Virus record (IMG/VR): IMGVR_UViG_2541047879_000001 | Source of the DNA: a virus | Taxonomy: Duplodnaviria; Heunggongvirae; Uroviricota; Caudoviricetes | DNA: 64,000 bases | Direction: 5' to 3' (one strand) | Part shown: positions 47,652-57,288 of the stretch, one piece after another | Layout of the letters: each line of letters starts with the position of its first letter | How positions within the stretch are numbered: the stretch's first letter is position 1 | Program-made: the position numbers and the translations under genes | The notes under the pieces: model-generated | Databases searched by the model: none | The model's input: only the letters and a program-made list of their open reading frames with translations | Told to the model about the DNA's origin: nothing

Positions 47652-48933
47652 TGTGCCTCAGGCGCGATTTCTTTCAATGCCCCATAAATTTAAAGCCTAT
47701 ATTGCTGGTTTTGGCTCGGGCAAAACATGGGTTGGGTGTGGCGGCATATGCAAGGGGATTTGGGAGCATCCAGGTATAAATCAGGGATATTTTGCGCCAA
47801 CGTATCCCCAAATTCGCGATATTTTTTACCCTACAGTGGAAGAAGTTGCTGCTGACTGGGGATTGAACGTAAAAATTAATGAGGGAAATAAAGAGGTTCA
47901 CTTTTATTACGGACGCCAGTATCGGGGAACCACTATCTGCAGATCGATGGAGAAGCCACAAACGATCGTCGGTTTCAAAATTGGTAATGCGTTGGTGGAT
48001 GAACTGGACATTTTGCCGAAGGAAAAAGCCAGAACGGCGTGGCGCAAGATAATTGCACGTATGCGTTATAAGATTGATGGACTTCGCAACGGTATTGACG
48101 TTACAACCACGCCGGAAGGATTCAAATTTGTCTACGAGCAGTTTGTTAAAGCCGTGCGTGAAAAAACAGAGCTGGCCTCACTGTATGGTCTGGTGCAGGC
48201 ATCTACTTTCGATAATGAAAAGAACCTGCCAGCAGATTACATTCCTTCGCTTCTTGAATCATACCCTCCAGAGCTGATTAAAGCCTATCTTCGAGGACAG
48301 TTTACTAACCTGACAAGTGGTACTGTTTACCATCAGTTTGACCGGAAACTGAATAATTGCGAAGAAGTGGAGCAGCCAGGGGAGCCGATTTATATTGGGA
48401 TGGATTTTAACGTTGGAAAGATGGCGGGAATCGTCCATGTGCTGCGTTTGGGGCTTCCATGTGCGGTAACTGAAATCATCAATGCCTACGATACGCCGGA
48501 TATGATCCGCATCATTAAAGAACGCTTCTGGCTGTATGATGGGAATGATTACCGGAAAGTGAGGGAAATTTATATTTATCCAGATGCTTCCGGGGATTCC
48601 AGAAAATCAAGTAACGCAAGTACGACGGATATAGCCCAGCTTAAGCAGGCTGGTTTTAACGTTGTGGTGAACAGCTCGAACCCGCCAGTAAAAGATCGCG
48701 TTAACTCAATGAATGCAATGTTCTGCAATGCCAATGGTGAGCGTCGCTATAAAGTTAATGTGAAGCGTTGCCCGTTATATGCCGAATCTCTGGAGCAACA
48801 GGTCTGGGATGAGAAGGGGGAGCCTGATAAAAAATCTGGCAATGATCACCCGAATGATGCCGGAGGTTATTTCATCGTTAAGCAATTCCCTATTGTCAAA
48901 CCGACCGGAAGAGTCACATCACTTCGGATTTAA
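47626..48933 (+). CDS. Terminase large subunit
   Basis: Walker A GFGSGKT near N-terminus, acidic nuclease motifs downstream; AAGGAG SD; start 47626 or 47632. Confidence 0.75.
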   Translation: MKMISPTLNVPQARFLSMPHKFKAYIAGFGSGKTWVGCGGICKGIWEHPGINQGYFAPTYPQIRDIFYPTVEEVAADWGLNVKINEGNKEVHFYYGRQYRGTTICRSMEKPQTIVGFKIGNALVDELDILPKEKARTAWRKIIARMRYKIDGLRNGIDVTTTPEGFKFVYEQFVKAVREKTELASLYGLVQASTFDNEKNLPADYIPSLLESYPPELIKAYLRGQFTNLTSGTVYHQFDRKLNNCEEVEQPGEPIYIGMDFNVGKMAGIVHVLRLGLPCAVTEIINAYDTPDMIRIIKERFWLYDGNDYRKVREIYIYPDASGDSRKSSNASTTDIAQLKQAGFNVVVNSSNPPVKDRVNSMNAMFCNANGERRYKVNVKRCPLYAESLEQQVWDEKGEPDKKSGNDHPNDAGGYFIVKQFPIVKPTGRVTSLRI

Positions 48934-48935
48934 TT

Positions 48936-50342
48936 ATGGCTGATATATCAACACCCAACCTCGACTATAACGATATGCTGGAGGCGTGGGATATTAACGA
49001 CGCACTGATGGGCGGTACGCTTGAAATGCGCAGGCAGGGGGAAAATTATCTCCCAAAATGGCCTAACGAAGATGAAGACGCTTATAAAAAACGCCTGTCT
49101 GTGGCTACGCTACTTCCTGTGTATGAAGAAAGCATCAAGCAAAATATTGGGCGCATATTTGCAGAGCCGACAGTATTGAGTGAGGAAACGCCGGCAAAAA
49201 TCAGGGAATATGCAGAAAATATCGACATGGAGGGGAGCCGACTGGATGTGTGGGCGCAGCAATTTTTCAGCCTCGCATTTCAGTATGGTGTGGCACATGC
49301 GCTGGTGGACTATCCACGAACGGATATGAAAGAGATTCGTACAAAAGCCGATGAAAACGCGACCGGTGGTCGTCCGTACGTTACGATGCTGAATCCACGC
49401 CAGGTTATTGGATGGAAATCGAAAGTTGAAAAAGGGAAAGTTGTTCTCACTGATTTGCGTATAAAAGAGGTCATCATTATTGATGGTGATGATTTCGGGC
49501 AGAAGAAGGTGGAGCAGATCCGCCATATTATGCCCCGTCGAGTTGAAATTTATCGACGTAGCGAAGGCACTAATGGCGAATCTGTCTGGACGCTTCATGA
49601 GTCATGGAATACCAGCCGTGATGATATTCCTCTGGTAACACTGTACACGAAGAAAACAGGATTTATGCGTGGTACACCGCCATTGCTTAATCTTGGCTTG
49701 CTGAATATCAAGCACTGGCAAAGCCAGAGCGAGCAGGACAATATTCTTCATGTTACCCGCGTTCCATTGCTGGTGGCCTACGGGCTGGACAGGAATGAAG
49801 AACTGACGGTTGGTGCATCCACCGCTACGATTTTTGAGGACAGAACAAAAAATGGCCTCGAATATGTTGAACATAGTGGCGCAGCGATAGAATCTGGCGA
49901 AACATCACTTGAGAAGCTGGAAAATCAGATGCGTCATGCCGGCGCTAAACTTCTGCGTGCTGAAAATACATCCACCAAATCTGTTGATCAGACTAATGAA
50001 GAGCGAATGCAGGAAAACTCGCCGCTTTATACAATGGCGAACTCCCTCGAAGATGCCCTCGATAATATTCTCCAGATAATGGCGGAATGGATCGGAGAGA
50101 GTTGCGGTGGCAATGTGGATGTGCGCACTGAACTGGATGTATCTGCCCAGGTGTTTGACTCATCCTCCGCGCTGGCTGTTCAGTCATTGCGTCAGGGCGG
50201 TGATATACGTCAGATTGATGCGGTTCGGGTGTTGCAGGCGTTGAAATTTATCGATCAGGATTCCCGTCCAGAGGAAGTGATCGATGAATTAAAAAATCAG
50301 AGTGTAATGCTGATGGAAATCAATGATGCAAACCGTGAATGA
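48936..50342 (+). CDS. Portal protein
   Basis: 468-aa ORF immediately after terminase large subunit; packaging-module synteny. Confidence 0.65.
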   Translation: MADISTPNLDYNDMLEAWDINDALMGGTLEMRRQGENYLPKWPNEDEDAYKKRLSVATLLPVYEESIKQNIGRIFAEPTVLSEETPAKIREYAENIDMEGSRLDVWAQQFFSLAFQYGVAHALVDYPRTDMKEIRTKADENATGGRPYVTMLNPRQVIGWKSKVEKGKVVLTDLRIKEVIIIDGDDFGQKKVEQIRHIMPRRVEIYRRSEGTNGESVWTLHESWNTSRDDIPLVTLYTKKTGFMRGTPPLLNLGLLNIKHWQSQSEQDNILHVTRVPLLVAYGLDRNEELTVGASTATIFEDRTKNGLEYVEHSGAAIESGETSLEKLENQMRHAGAKLLRAENTSTKSVDQTNEERMQENSPLYTMANSLEDALDNILQIMAEWIGESCGGNVDVRTELDVSAQVFDSSSALAVQSLRQGGDIRQIDAVRVLQALKFIDQDSRPEEVIDELKNQSVMLMEINDANRE

Positions 50343-51438
50343 ACGGCTGCGTGATGAATCAATTGCTCATGCAGTCTGGATATCCCGCTATAGCACTGGC
50401 GTGGCTGCCAGAATGGTGAAAATACTGAATGACAGCGATGCGGAACTTACTGCTCGCCTGCTGATAGCACTGGACAGCCTCGATCCAGGTAATTTTACCG
50501 TTAAGCGCCTGGAGTCACTTCTGGCGAGCGTCAGAAAGGTTAACCGCACTGCTATTAACAGCATGTTTACCAGTCTCTCCGGAGAGCTGAACGAGCTGGC
50601 AATTTATGAGGCTGGTTATCAGTTAAGTCTGTTTGATTCTATGCTACCTGATTTTGTTGCTGATGTTCACCCTCTGGTTGGTATCTCTCCTGATGCACTT
50701 TATGCCGCTGCAATGGCGCGACCATTCCAGGGACGACTGCTCAGTGAGTGGGCCTCAGATCTTGAGGCGGATCGGCTCAGACGCATAACAAATACAGTGC
50801 GTCAGGGTTTTTTGCTGGGGGATACCAATGAGCAGATCGCAAGAAAAATTCGGGGACATGTCAGTAAGGGATTTCAGGATGGTGCATTGCAGATGAGCCG
50901 GGCTAATGCGGCCAGCATTGCAAAAACAGCGGTTGGACATCTTGCTGCTACTGCCCGTGAGAGTTTTGCCAGCGCGAATAATGATTTGATTAAGGGTAAG
51001 CAATGGTTATCAACGCTTGATAATCGTACTACGCCACAATGTCGAATCAGGGATCGCCTCAAATATACGCTGAATAATAAACCTGTAGGTCACAGCGTGC
51101 CTTATTTGCAGGGGCCGGGAAAAATTCATTTCTGCTGCCGCTCAACGGAAACGTTCATTCTGAAATCAGCGAAGGAACTGGGTATTGATGTTCGCGATAT
51201 TTCCCCGGCTGAGCGGGCCAGCATGGATGGCGTGGTGGCCGGAGATACAACCTACAGGGAATGGTTTTTGCGTCAGCCTTACACCAGACAAAAACAGATT
51301 GTGGGGGAAACCCGAGCAAAGCTGATTCGGGATGGTGGTATGTCGCCAGATGAATTTTACACCGATAAAGGCGAATGGCTGACGCTGAAGCAGCTCCGTG
51401 AGCGTGATGCACAGGTATTCAGAAAAGCAGGGATTTAA
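50323..51438 (+). CDS. Head morphogenesis protein (Mu F / SPP1 gp7-like domain)
   Basis: 371 aa; motif TTPQCRIRDRL...HSVPYLQGPGKIHFCCRS matches the Mu F family signature. Confidence 0.6.
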   Translation: MMQTVNERLRDESIAHAVWISRYSTGVAARMVKILNDSDAELTARLLIALDSLDPGNFTVKRLESLLASVRKVNRTAINSMFTSLSGELNELAIYEAGYQLSLFDSMLPDFVADVHPLVGISPDALYAAAMARPFQGRLLSEWASDLEADRLRRITNTVRQGFLLGDTNEQIARKIRGHVSKGFQDGALQMSRANAASIAKTAVGHLAATARESFASANNDLIKGKQWLSTLDNRTTPQCRIRDRLKYTLNNKPVGHSVPYLQGPGKIHFCCRSTETFILKSAKELGIDVRDISPAERASMDGVVAGDTTYREWFLRQPYTRQKQIVGETRAKLIRDGGMSPDEFYTDKGEWLTLKQLRERDAQVFRKAGI

Positions 51439-51542
51439 ATAAATCATTTATTACAACAGGCTACCTTCGGGTGGCCTTTTTTATTGCTGCGATCCGGATG
51501 GTGAGCAGCGTAACTGTCGGAAGACTTAAACCAGGTACTAAT

Positions 51543-52307
51543 ATGAAACTGAAAACGGTCGAGATTAACGGAAAACAATACGCAGAAATTGATACTGCTG
51601 GCCTGCCAGTTTATGTGCACGACGATGGTAAAGAAATTGGCTTCGATGCACCGCTGGCGACAAAAAAAATTACAGAGCTTAATGGCGAGGCAAAAAATCA
51701 TCGCCTGGCTAAAGAAGCTGCAGAGGAAAAACTGGCTAAGTTTGCCGCTATCGAAGACCCGAAGAAGGCGATCGAGGCACTGGAAATGCTGTCAAAAATC
51801 GACCAGAAAAAGCTGCTCGATGCGGGACAGGTTGACCAGGTTAAGGCAGAAATTACGAAAAATTTTCAGCAGCAATTAGATGAAGAAAAGCAACGCTCTC
51901 AGATGCTGGAGAAGCAGCTTTACGATTCTATGATTGGCGGTAGTTTTGCGGGTTCAAAATATATTGCCGATAAAATTGCGATCCCGGCAGATTTATTACA
52001 AGCCCGCTTCGGGCAGGCATTCAAAGTGGAAGAAGGGAGGATCGTTGCTTATGACGCTTCCGGCAACAAAATTTATTCCCGCGCGAAGCCTGGCGAACTG
52101 GCGCAGTTTGATGAGGCGCTGGAGTTCCTTGTCGAAAATTACCCTCAGAAAGACTACATCCTGAAAGCCAGTGGCAACAATGGCGGCGGCTCCCGTCCGA
52201 CACAGCATGATATTGGTCAGAAAACGATGAAACGCTCTGCTTTTGATGCACTGGATGTTGCAGGTAAGCAAAACGCATTGAAAGACGGTATCACAATCGT
52301 TGATTAA
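51543..52307 (+). CDS. Putative scaffolding/head protein
   Basis: Start at ATG 51543 (MKLKTVEINGK...); charged, coiled-coil-rich; located between morphogenesis and capsid genes. Confidence 0.5.
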   Translation: MKLKTVEINGKQYAEIDTAGLPVYVHDDGKEIGFDAPLATKKITELNGEAKNHRLAKEAAEEKLAKFAAIEDPKKAIEALEMLSKIDQKKLLDAGQVDQVKAEITKNFQQQLDEEKQRSQMLEKQLYDSMIGGSFAGSKYIADKIAIPADLLQARFGQAFKVEEGRIVAYDASGNKIYSRAKPGELAQFDEALEFLVENYPQKDYILKASGNNGGGSRPTQHDIGQKTMKRSAFDALDVAGKQNALKDGITIVD

Positions 52308-52405
52308 CACATTTGTCAGCTTCCGGATGGGAGCTGGTGTCAGGGCTGGATAGCTCATTACTCCATCTATTCACAATTACGCAAATTTTTAAGGAATATT
52401 TAATT

Positions 52406-53545
52406 ATGGCTGGAAATACCCTGACCGGGTTGATCCCGACTATTTATACCGCCCTGGATGTTGTATCCCGTGAGCAGGTAGGTTTTATCCCTGCGGTAGC
52501 AAAAAACGCAAAAGCTGACGCCGCAGCAAAAGATCAGACGGTAACCGCGCCAGTTGCGCCTGAGGCGAAAACCGAAGATATCGTACCGGGGCCGTCAGCT
52601 CCGAATACCGGTGATCAAAATATTGGCACTGTTGATGTAAAAATTACTAAATCCAAAATGGCACCGGTTAAATGGAATGGTGAAGAACAACTGGCTCTTG
52701 GCCCTTCAGGGACTTACAACACCATTCTGGCTGATCAGTTCAAGCAGGCTTTTCGCGCCCTTGCAAACGAGGTTGAGGCTGATCTTGGTGCGTTGTATTT
52801 CGGTGCTTCCCGCGCCGTGGGAACCGCAGGGACAACGCCGTTTGGTGTTAAAGATGATCTTTCTGATGCTGCTCTGGCTCGTCAGGTTCTGGAGGATAAC
52901 GGCGCACCGACAACCGATCTGCAGATGGTGCTTGGCTCCACTGCCATTGCTAATTTGCGCGGAAAACAGTCTGTATTGTTTAAAGTGAATGAATCCGGCA
53001 CTGAACAGCTACTGCGTGAGGGCGTGTTGGGGCGTCTGGAGGGATTCAATATTCACAGTTCGGCAGGTGTGAAACGAGCGCCAAAGGTTGCTGCAACTGG
53101 TTATCTCGTGAATGGAGAGAAAAAAGAAGGCGATGTTCTTATTTCCATTGATACTGGTTCGGGGAGTATTTCTGCAGGTCAGATTGTTACGTTCGCTGGT
53201 GATCCGAATCAGTATGTTGTGGCAGCAGCGACCAGCAATCTGATTACTCTTGCAGCGCCCGGACTGCGTCAGGATCTGGCCGATGATACTGCCATCACAG
53301 TTGTTGGGGCCTTTACGGCAAATATGGCGTTTGATCGCAACGCGTTTCTGCTGGCATCCCGTACTCCGGCAATGCCGGAAGGTGGCGATAATGCTGATGA
53401 TGTAATGAATGTTACGGACCCGATTTCAGGGATTACGTTCCAGATTGCACTGTATCGTCAGTATCGCCAGGTGCGCTATGAAGTTGGACTGGCATGGGGT
53501 GTTTCATCAGTGAAGCCGGCACATGGTTGTCTGATTCTTGGTTAA
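52406..53545 (+). CDS. Putative major capsid protein
   Basis: Start at ATG 52406 with AAGGA SD; 380 aa; followed by strong terminator; position in head module. Confidence 0.55.
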   Translation: MAGNTLTGLIPTIYTALDVVSREQVGFIPAVAKNAKADAAAKDQTVTAPVAPEAKTEDIVPGPSAPNTGDQNIGTVDVKITKSKMAPVKWNGEEQLALGPSGTYNTILADQFKQAFRALANEVEADLGALYFGASRAVGTAGTTPFGVKDDLSDAALARQVLEDNGAPTTDLQMVLGSTAIANLRGKQSVLFKVNESGTEQLLREGVLGRLEGFNIHSSAGVKRAPKVAATGYLVNGEKKEGDVLISIDTGSGSISAGQIVTFAGDPNQYVVAAATSNLITLAAPGLRQDLADDTAITVVGAFTANMAFDRNAFLLASRTPAMPEGGDNADDVMNVTDPISGITFQIALYRQYRQVRYEVGLAWGVSSVKPAHGCLILG

Positions 53546-53553
53546 ACATTCAA

Positions 53554-53576
53554 ACGGGGCTTCGGCCCCATTTTTA
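53554..53576 (+). terminator. Intrinsic terminator after capsid gene
   Basis: GGGGC-TTCG-GCCCC followed by ATTTTT. Confidence 0.6.
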
Positions 53577-53587
53577 ATGGGGGGCAT

Positions 53588-53764
53588 ATGGCCGGATTAA
53601 CTAAAGAGCAAAGAGCACAGCGTGAAGCCGCACAAAAAACGCAAATTGAGTTAGTGGTTATGGTGACCGATTATCAGATGTTTCCCGGCGCACCAACTAT
53701 CGCTAATGTTCATCCTGATGAAGTTGACAACTGGAAGGCTATGGGCTGGAAAACTCAGGAGTAA
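53588..53764 (+). CDS. Small hypothetical head-module protein (58 aa)
   Basis: Own translation MAGLTKEQRAQREAAQKTQIELVVMVTDYQMF...; fills gap between capsid and next gene. Confidence 0.3.
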   Translation: MAGLTKEQRAQREAAQKTQIELVVMVTDYQMFPGAPTIANVHPDEVDNWKAMGWKTQE

Positions 53765-53767
53765 CAC

Positions 53768-54163
53768 ATGATCACTTACGTGACCTGTGATGACGTTGAT
53801 AATGCGTTTGGGAACGCCTGGACGAGTGAGAACGCTAAAAATAAAGCTGTTTTAATGGCTAATGCCTGGCTTAATGGCTTCAACCTGAAAATTAACCCAT
53901 CCCGTATTCCGGAAGAGGTAAAACTTGCGGGAGCATATGCAGCCAGAATTGCCTCATTCGGTAAGTTGTTTCAGCAGAAAAATGATTCTGGCGTTGTTAT
54001 CAGTAAAGCCGTGTCGGCTGACGGGGTCAGTGTATCGAAATCATTTTCTGAGTTGCCAGCAAACAGCACTGCATTGCTTGAACCCGATTTACAGCTTGCG
54101 ATAGCACTGCTGAAACCGTACGGACTTAGTCGCTCACAAGTCAGGGTTGTGAGGGGGGGATAA
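53768..54163 (+). CDS. Putative head-tail connector/head completion protein
   Basis: 131-aa ORF in tightly coupled structural operon. Confidence 0.45.
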   Translation: MITYVTCDDVDNAFGNAWTSENAKNKAVLMANAWLNGFNLKINPSRIPEEVKLAGAYAARIASFGKLFQQKNDSGVVISKAVSADGVSVSKSFSELPANSTALLEPDLQLAIALLKPYGLSRSQVRVVRGG

Positions 54164-54546
54164 TGGGGCTTCGTGAAGAGATTCAGTCAGAGGTTGCCGC
54201 TGCTTTTGATGAGGATTTAACGGACGCCGTGAGTGATTTTTCTGGTTCTTACGTTACGCACCGGCACTGGGATCCTGTGACGGAAACTGGCGGCGAATCC
54301 ACCGCAATCTATACCGGGCGAGGCGTGTTGACACGTTATAAGCTGGGCAGAATTGATGGGATTAATATTTTGCATGGTGACCTTAAATTAACCGCTCTGG
54401 TATGCGAGGTTACGGATAAACCAGCTGTCGACCATATTATTGAGATTTATGATCCTGTATCAAGGCAGTTACAACGATACGAGGTAATTACAGCAAGTGT
54501 AGATCCTTCCGCATCAGTTTACTCTATCCAGTTAAGGAGAGCGTAA
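54163..54546 (+). CDS. Putative head-tail joining protein
   Basis: 127-aa ORF, overlapping stop/start. Confidence 0.45.
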   Translation: MGLREEIQSEVAAAFDEDLTDAVSDFSGSYVTHRHWDPVTETGGESTAIYTGRGVLTRYKLGRIDGINILHGDLKLTALVCEVTDKPAVDHIIEIYDPVSRQLQRYEVITASVDPSASVYSIQLRRA

Positions 54547-54927
54547 ATGGCAAAGGCATGGGATATAGAACCGTCAATATTTGCCGGGATGATTGAGGAA
54601 GATGTAGGGCTGAAGATTCGCTACATCGCTATTCAGATTCTTACTGCTATTGATATTGCTGCTCCGGTTGATACCGGACGTTTCAGAAATAACAACCTGG
54701 TGTCGTTACAGCATCCCGATTTTGGTATATCTGATAACGTGGATCCGAACGGTACGATTGCTGTTCAGCGTGGGATCGGGGTTATTTCGAAAGCTGCAAA
54801 TTACGGAGTTATTTATATCCAGAATAACCTTCCTTATGCAGAGGCTCTTGAAAACGGTCATTCACAACAAGCGCCAACTGGCGTGTATGCCAACGCTTTT
54901 CATGGTGTTTTACAGGCTTACAAATGA
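54547..54927 (+). CDS. Putative tail completion/neck protein
   Basis: 126-aa ORF in operon. Confidence 0.45.
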   Translation: MAKAWDIEPSIFAGMIEEDVGLKIRYIAIQILTAIDIAAPVDTGRFRNNNLVSLQHPDFGISDNVDPNGTIAVQRGIGVISKAANYGVIYIQNNLPYAEALENGHSQQAPTGVYANAFHGVLQAYK

Positions 54928-55316
54928 CGTTTACTGAAATCAGAAATACGGTTATTTCCAGAATGACGGCACAGACGATTATTGATGGAAAAGACGTATT
55001 GTATCCGAACGCGCCAACGTTCGATCCTTCCGGTAAGTTAATCTGGGCGCGGTTAAGTAATATTCCCGGGCAGGCTGGAGTTAATGAAATTGGCGCGGGG
55101 CCGATTGTTTATCGCACGGGGATAATCATTATTCAGTTATTTGTCCCCGCAGGTTCTGGTTCAAAACTCATTACTGAGACAGCCGATAAATTGCGGGAAC
55201 TGTTTGAGTTTCAGGATGACGATCGTCTCAGTTACCAGGCTGTTTCCTCAATAGCCGTTGGCGAAAAGAATGGCTGGTTCCAGCTTAATCTTCAAATTCC
55301 ATATCGCGCGCTCTAG
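54924..55316 (+). CDS. Putative tail terminator/neck protein
   Basis: 130-aa ORF in operon. Confidence 0.45.
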   Translation: MTFTEIRNTVISRMTAQTIIDGKDVLYPNAPTFDPSGKLIWARLSNIPGQAGVNEIGAGPIVYRTGIIIIQLFVPAGSGSKLITETADKLRELFEFQDDDRLSYQAVSSIAVGEKNGWFQLNLQIPYRAL

Positions 55317-55342
55317 CGCAATTAATGACATAGGAGGCTCCT

Positions 55343-56305
55343 GTGAGTTCAGGTGCAAAGGTTATCTCGGCATTTATCCGGGAGACGGTTGCAGGCACTA
55401 CGCCAGCAAGTGGTGACTGGAGTTTATTAAAACGCACAAGCTGGGGAGTAAAACCCACCCAGAATAAAGGCGAAAATAATGAGATTGGTGGCTCCCGGAT
55501 GGCTCAGGGGGCGACGCCTGGCACTGTGGATGTCGGCGGTGATGTTGGTACCAAATTTCGCTGGGGTCAACATGATGATTTTCTTGCATCCTGTTTCGGC
55601 GCGGAATGGTCAGGCGATTCTCTGACAATGGGGAATGAGCGAATAACATTTTCTCTGGCGACCTATGCGTCCGATGTCGGAATTGCCTCTGTCGTCAGAG
55701 GAGCGCAGGTTGGCTCATGGAAAATGCAGATCCCTAACGACGGCGATATTACAGTGACCGTAACCTTTGCCGGACTGGACTGGGAATCAAAGGCCGATGA
55801 TACGAATTTTATCAAAGGCGAACCTGTGGATAGTGCAGGAAAGCTACGTTATTCGTTTAAGGAGGTTTCAGCAGTAAGCCTGAATGGTGTTGCCGGAGGT
55901 AACGGTTTTTGTATCGACAGTTTTGATATTCAGTTCGATAACAAACTCCAGACACAGCGTTGTATCGGGACTGGCTCGCCTTATGCAGGAGCAAATATTC
56001 CGACTACTTTTACACCGTCCGGTACGGTGACGCTTTCATGGTCTAAAGCCGCGTGGGAAATCTGGAGTAAAACACTGACTGGAGAAACAGTTCCGTTCAG
56101 CTTCACGCTTTCGAATGGAGAGGGGGCATACACTTTCAGTTTCCCGAAGGTTCAGGTGTCAGGTGAATGGCCTGATGGGGGTAATAGCGACATTATCCAG
56201 GTTCAATTGAGCATTACCGCAGCAGATGAAGCACCTACGATAACCAGAAAAAAAAATTCCCCGGCTGCCGTGATCGCAAAAGCCAGTGCTGAGGCGATTA
56301 GTTGA
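55343..56305 (+). CDS. Putative major tail (tube) protein
   Basis: 320 aa, GTG start with AGGAGG SD; position before chaperone G/GT and tape measure. Confidence 0.6.
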   Translation: MSSGAKVISAFIRETVAGTTPASGDWSLLKRTSWGVKPTQNKGENNEIGGSRMAQGATPGTVDVGGDVGTKFRWGQHDDFLASCFGAEWSGDSLTMGNERITFSLATYASDVGIASVVRGAQVGSWKMQIPNDGDITVTVTFAGLDWESKADDTNFIKGEPVDSAGKLRYSFKEVSAVSLNGVAGGNGFCIDSFDIQFDNKLQTQRCIGTGSPYAGANIPTTFTPSGTVTLSWSKAAWEIWSKTLTGETVPFSFTLSNGEGAYTFSFPKVQVSGEWPDGGNSDIIQVQLSITAADEAPTITRKKNSPAAVIAKASAEAIS

Positions 56306-56353
56306 TTTTCCGTTATTCCTCCTGTGGTACTGCCCTACAGGGGGACGCATTGA

Positions 56354-56815
56354 ATGAGGTTATGGATGTTTATTCTTAATCAGAAAATTATCATTGGTGG
56401 AGAACGCTGGTTTACGCCAATGAAGGACTTAAAACCTGTAGACGGGTTAAAACTGTTGGTGGCAAGCAGCGATAACGATCAGTATCGCTCCCGTAATGCA
56501 TTAATCCGTCGCCACATTGAGAAAATGGATGCCAGTTTGCACGTCGGAACGAAGGAGTTTGATATTTCAAAGGTTTCCGAGGTGGATTCTGTTGATGATT
56601 TACTCATTGATAATGCCGCTCGTTATCTGCTGAAAGACTGGAAAGGGGTTGGTGAACTGGTTAATGGTGTTGAGGTTGCACTGGAATATACGGCAGAACG
56701 AGGGATCGCGCTGCTTAAGCAGAATCCAGAGTTGTACTGGCAGATCCTTGCAGAAGCAGCCAGCATCGCCCAGGGTAAAGAGCAGCAGAAGCAGGATACG
56801 ATAAAAAAGCCATAG
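56354..56815 (+). CDS. Tail assembly chaperone G
   Basis: ORF ending just after slippery heptamer A AAA AAG; position before tape measure; start uncertain (56354/56366/56420). Confidence 0.55.
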   Translation: MRLWMFILNQKIIIGGERWFTPMKDLKPVDGLKLLVASSDNDQYRSRNALIRRHIEKMDASLHVGTKEFDISKVSEVDSVDDLLIDNAARYLLKDWKGVGELVNGVEVALEYTAERGIALLKQNPELYWQILAEAASIAQGKEQQKQDTIKKP

Positions 56816-57123
56816 CTGCCCAGCGGTGGTTATCGGAGTTCGGGGGAGAAAGGGGGGAAAAGGCAAGATGGAAGCGAGAAAAACTCAGGTTGCCACCGAT
56901 ACCGGAACCAGAAATAGACCCGGTGCTTAAGGAGTTGTTGTACGCCTATTCGGTAATATCCCGTGCCCGACGTTATGCTGGAATGGCTGGGGTGCCTTTG
57001 CCTTTATCTCTGACAGAGATAAATGAATATTTAGCCACTCATCCGGTATTGATTGAGCGCGATGAATTTGAAGCAGTGATCTTTGCACTGGATGACCAGT
57101 ATTTTCAGGAGCAGTGTGTGTAG
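56803..57123 (+). CDS. T segment of tail assembly chaperone GT (reached by -1 frameshift)
   Basis: -1 frame open from 56779 to 57123, overlapping end of G; slippery site A AAA AAG at 56803-56809. Confidence 0.5.
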   Translation, partial: KKAIAAQRWLSEFGGERGEKARWKREKLRLPPIPEPEIDPVLKELLYAYSVISRARRYAGMAGVPLPLSLTEINEYLATHPVLIERDEFEAVIFALDDQYFQEQCV

Positions 57124-57243
57124 TTGTTAATTACGTACACTCTGTTACAGAGATGTGATGGTGTCTTTAATTAAATCGATGATGCTCCTGGAGAAAAGCA
57201 TTGCGTGACCTCGTAATCGCTATATCTACTATTATGTCGCCTG

Positions 57244-57270
57244 AAACCCACTTCGCGGTGGGTTTTTTGT
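57244..57270 (+). terminator. Terminator-like hairpin between GT and tape measure gene
   Basis: AAACCCAC-TTCGCG-GTGGGTTT followed by TTTTGTTG. Confidence 0.45.
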
Positions 57271-57288
57271 TGTCAGGAGTTTTAATAA

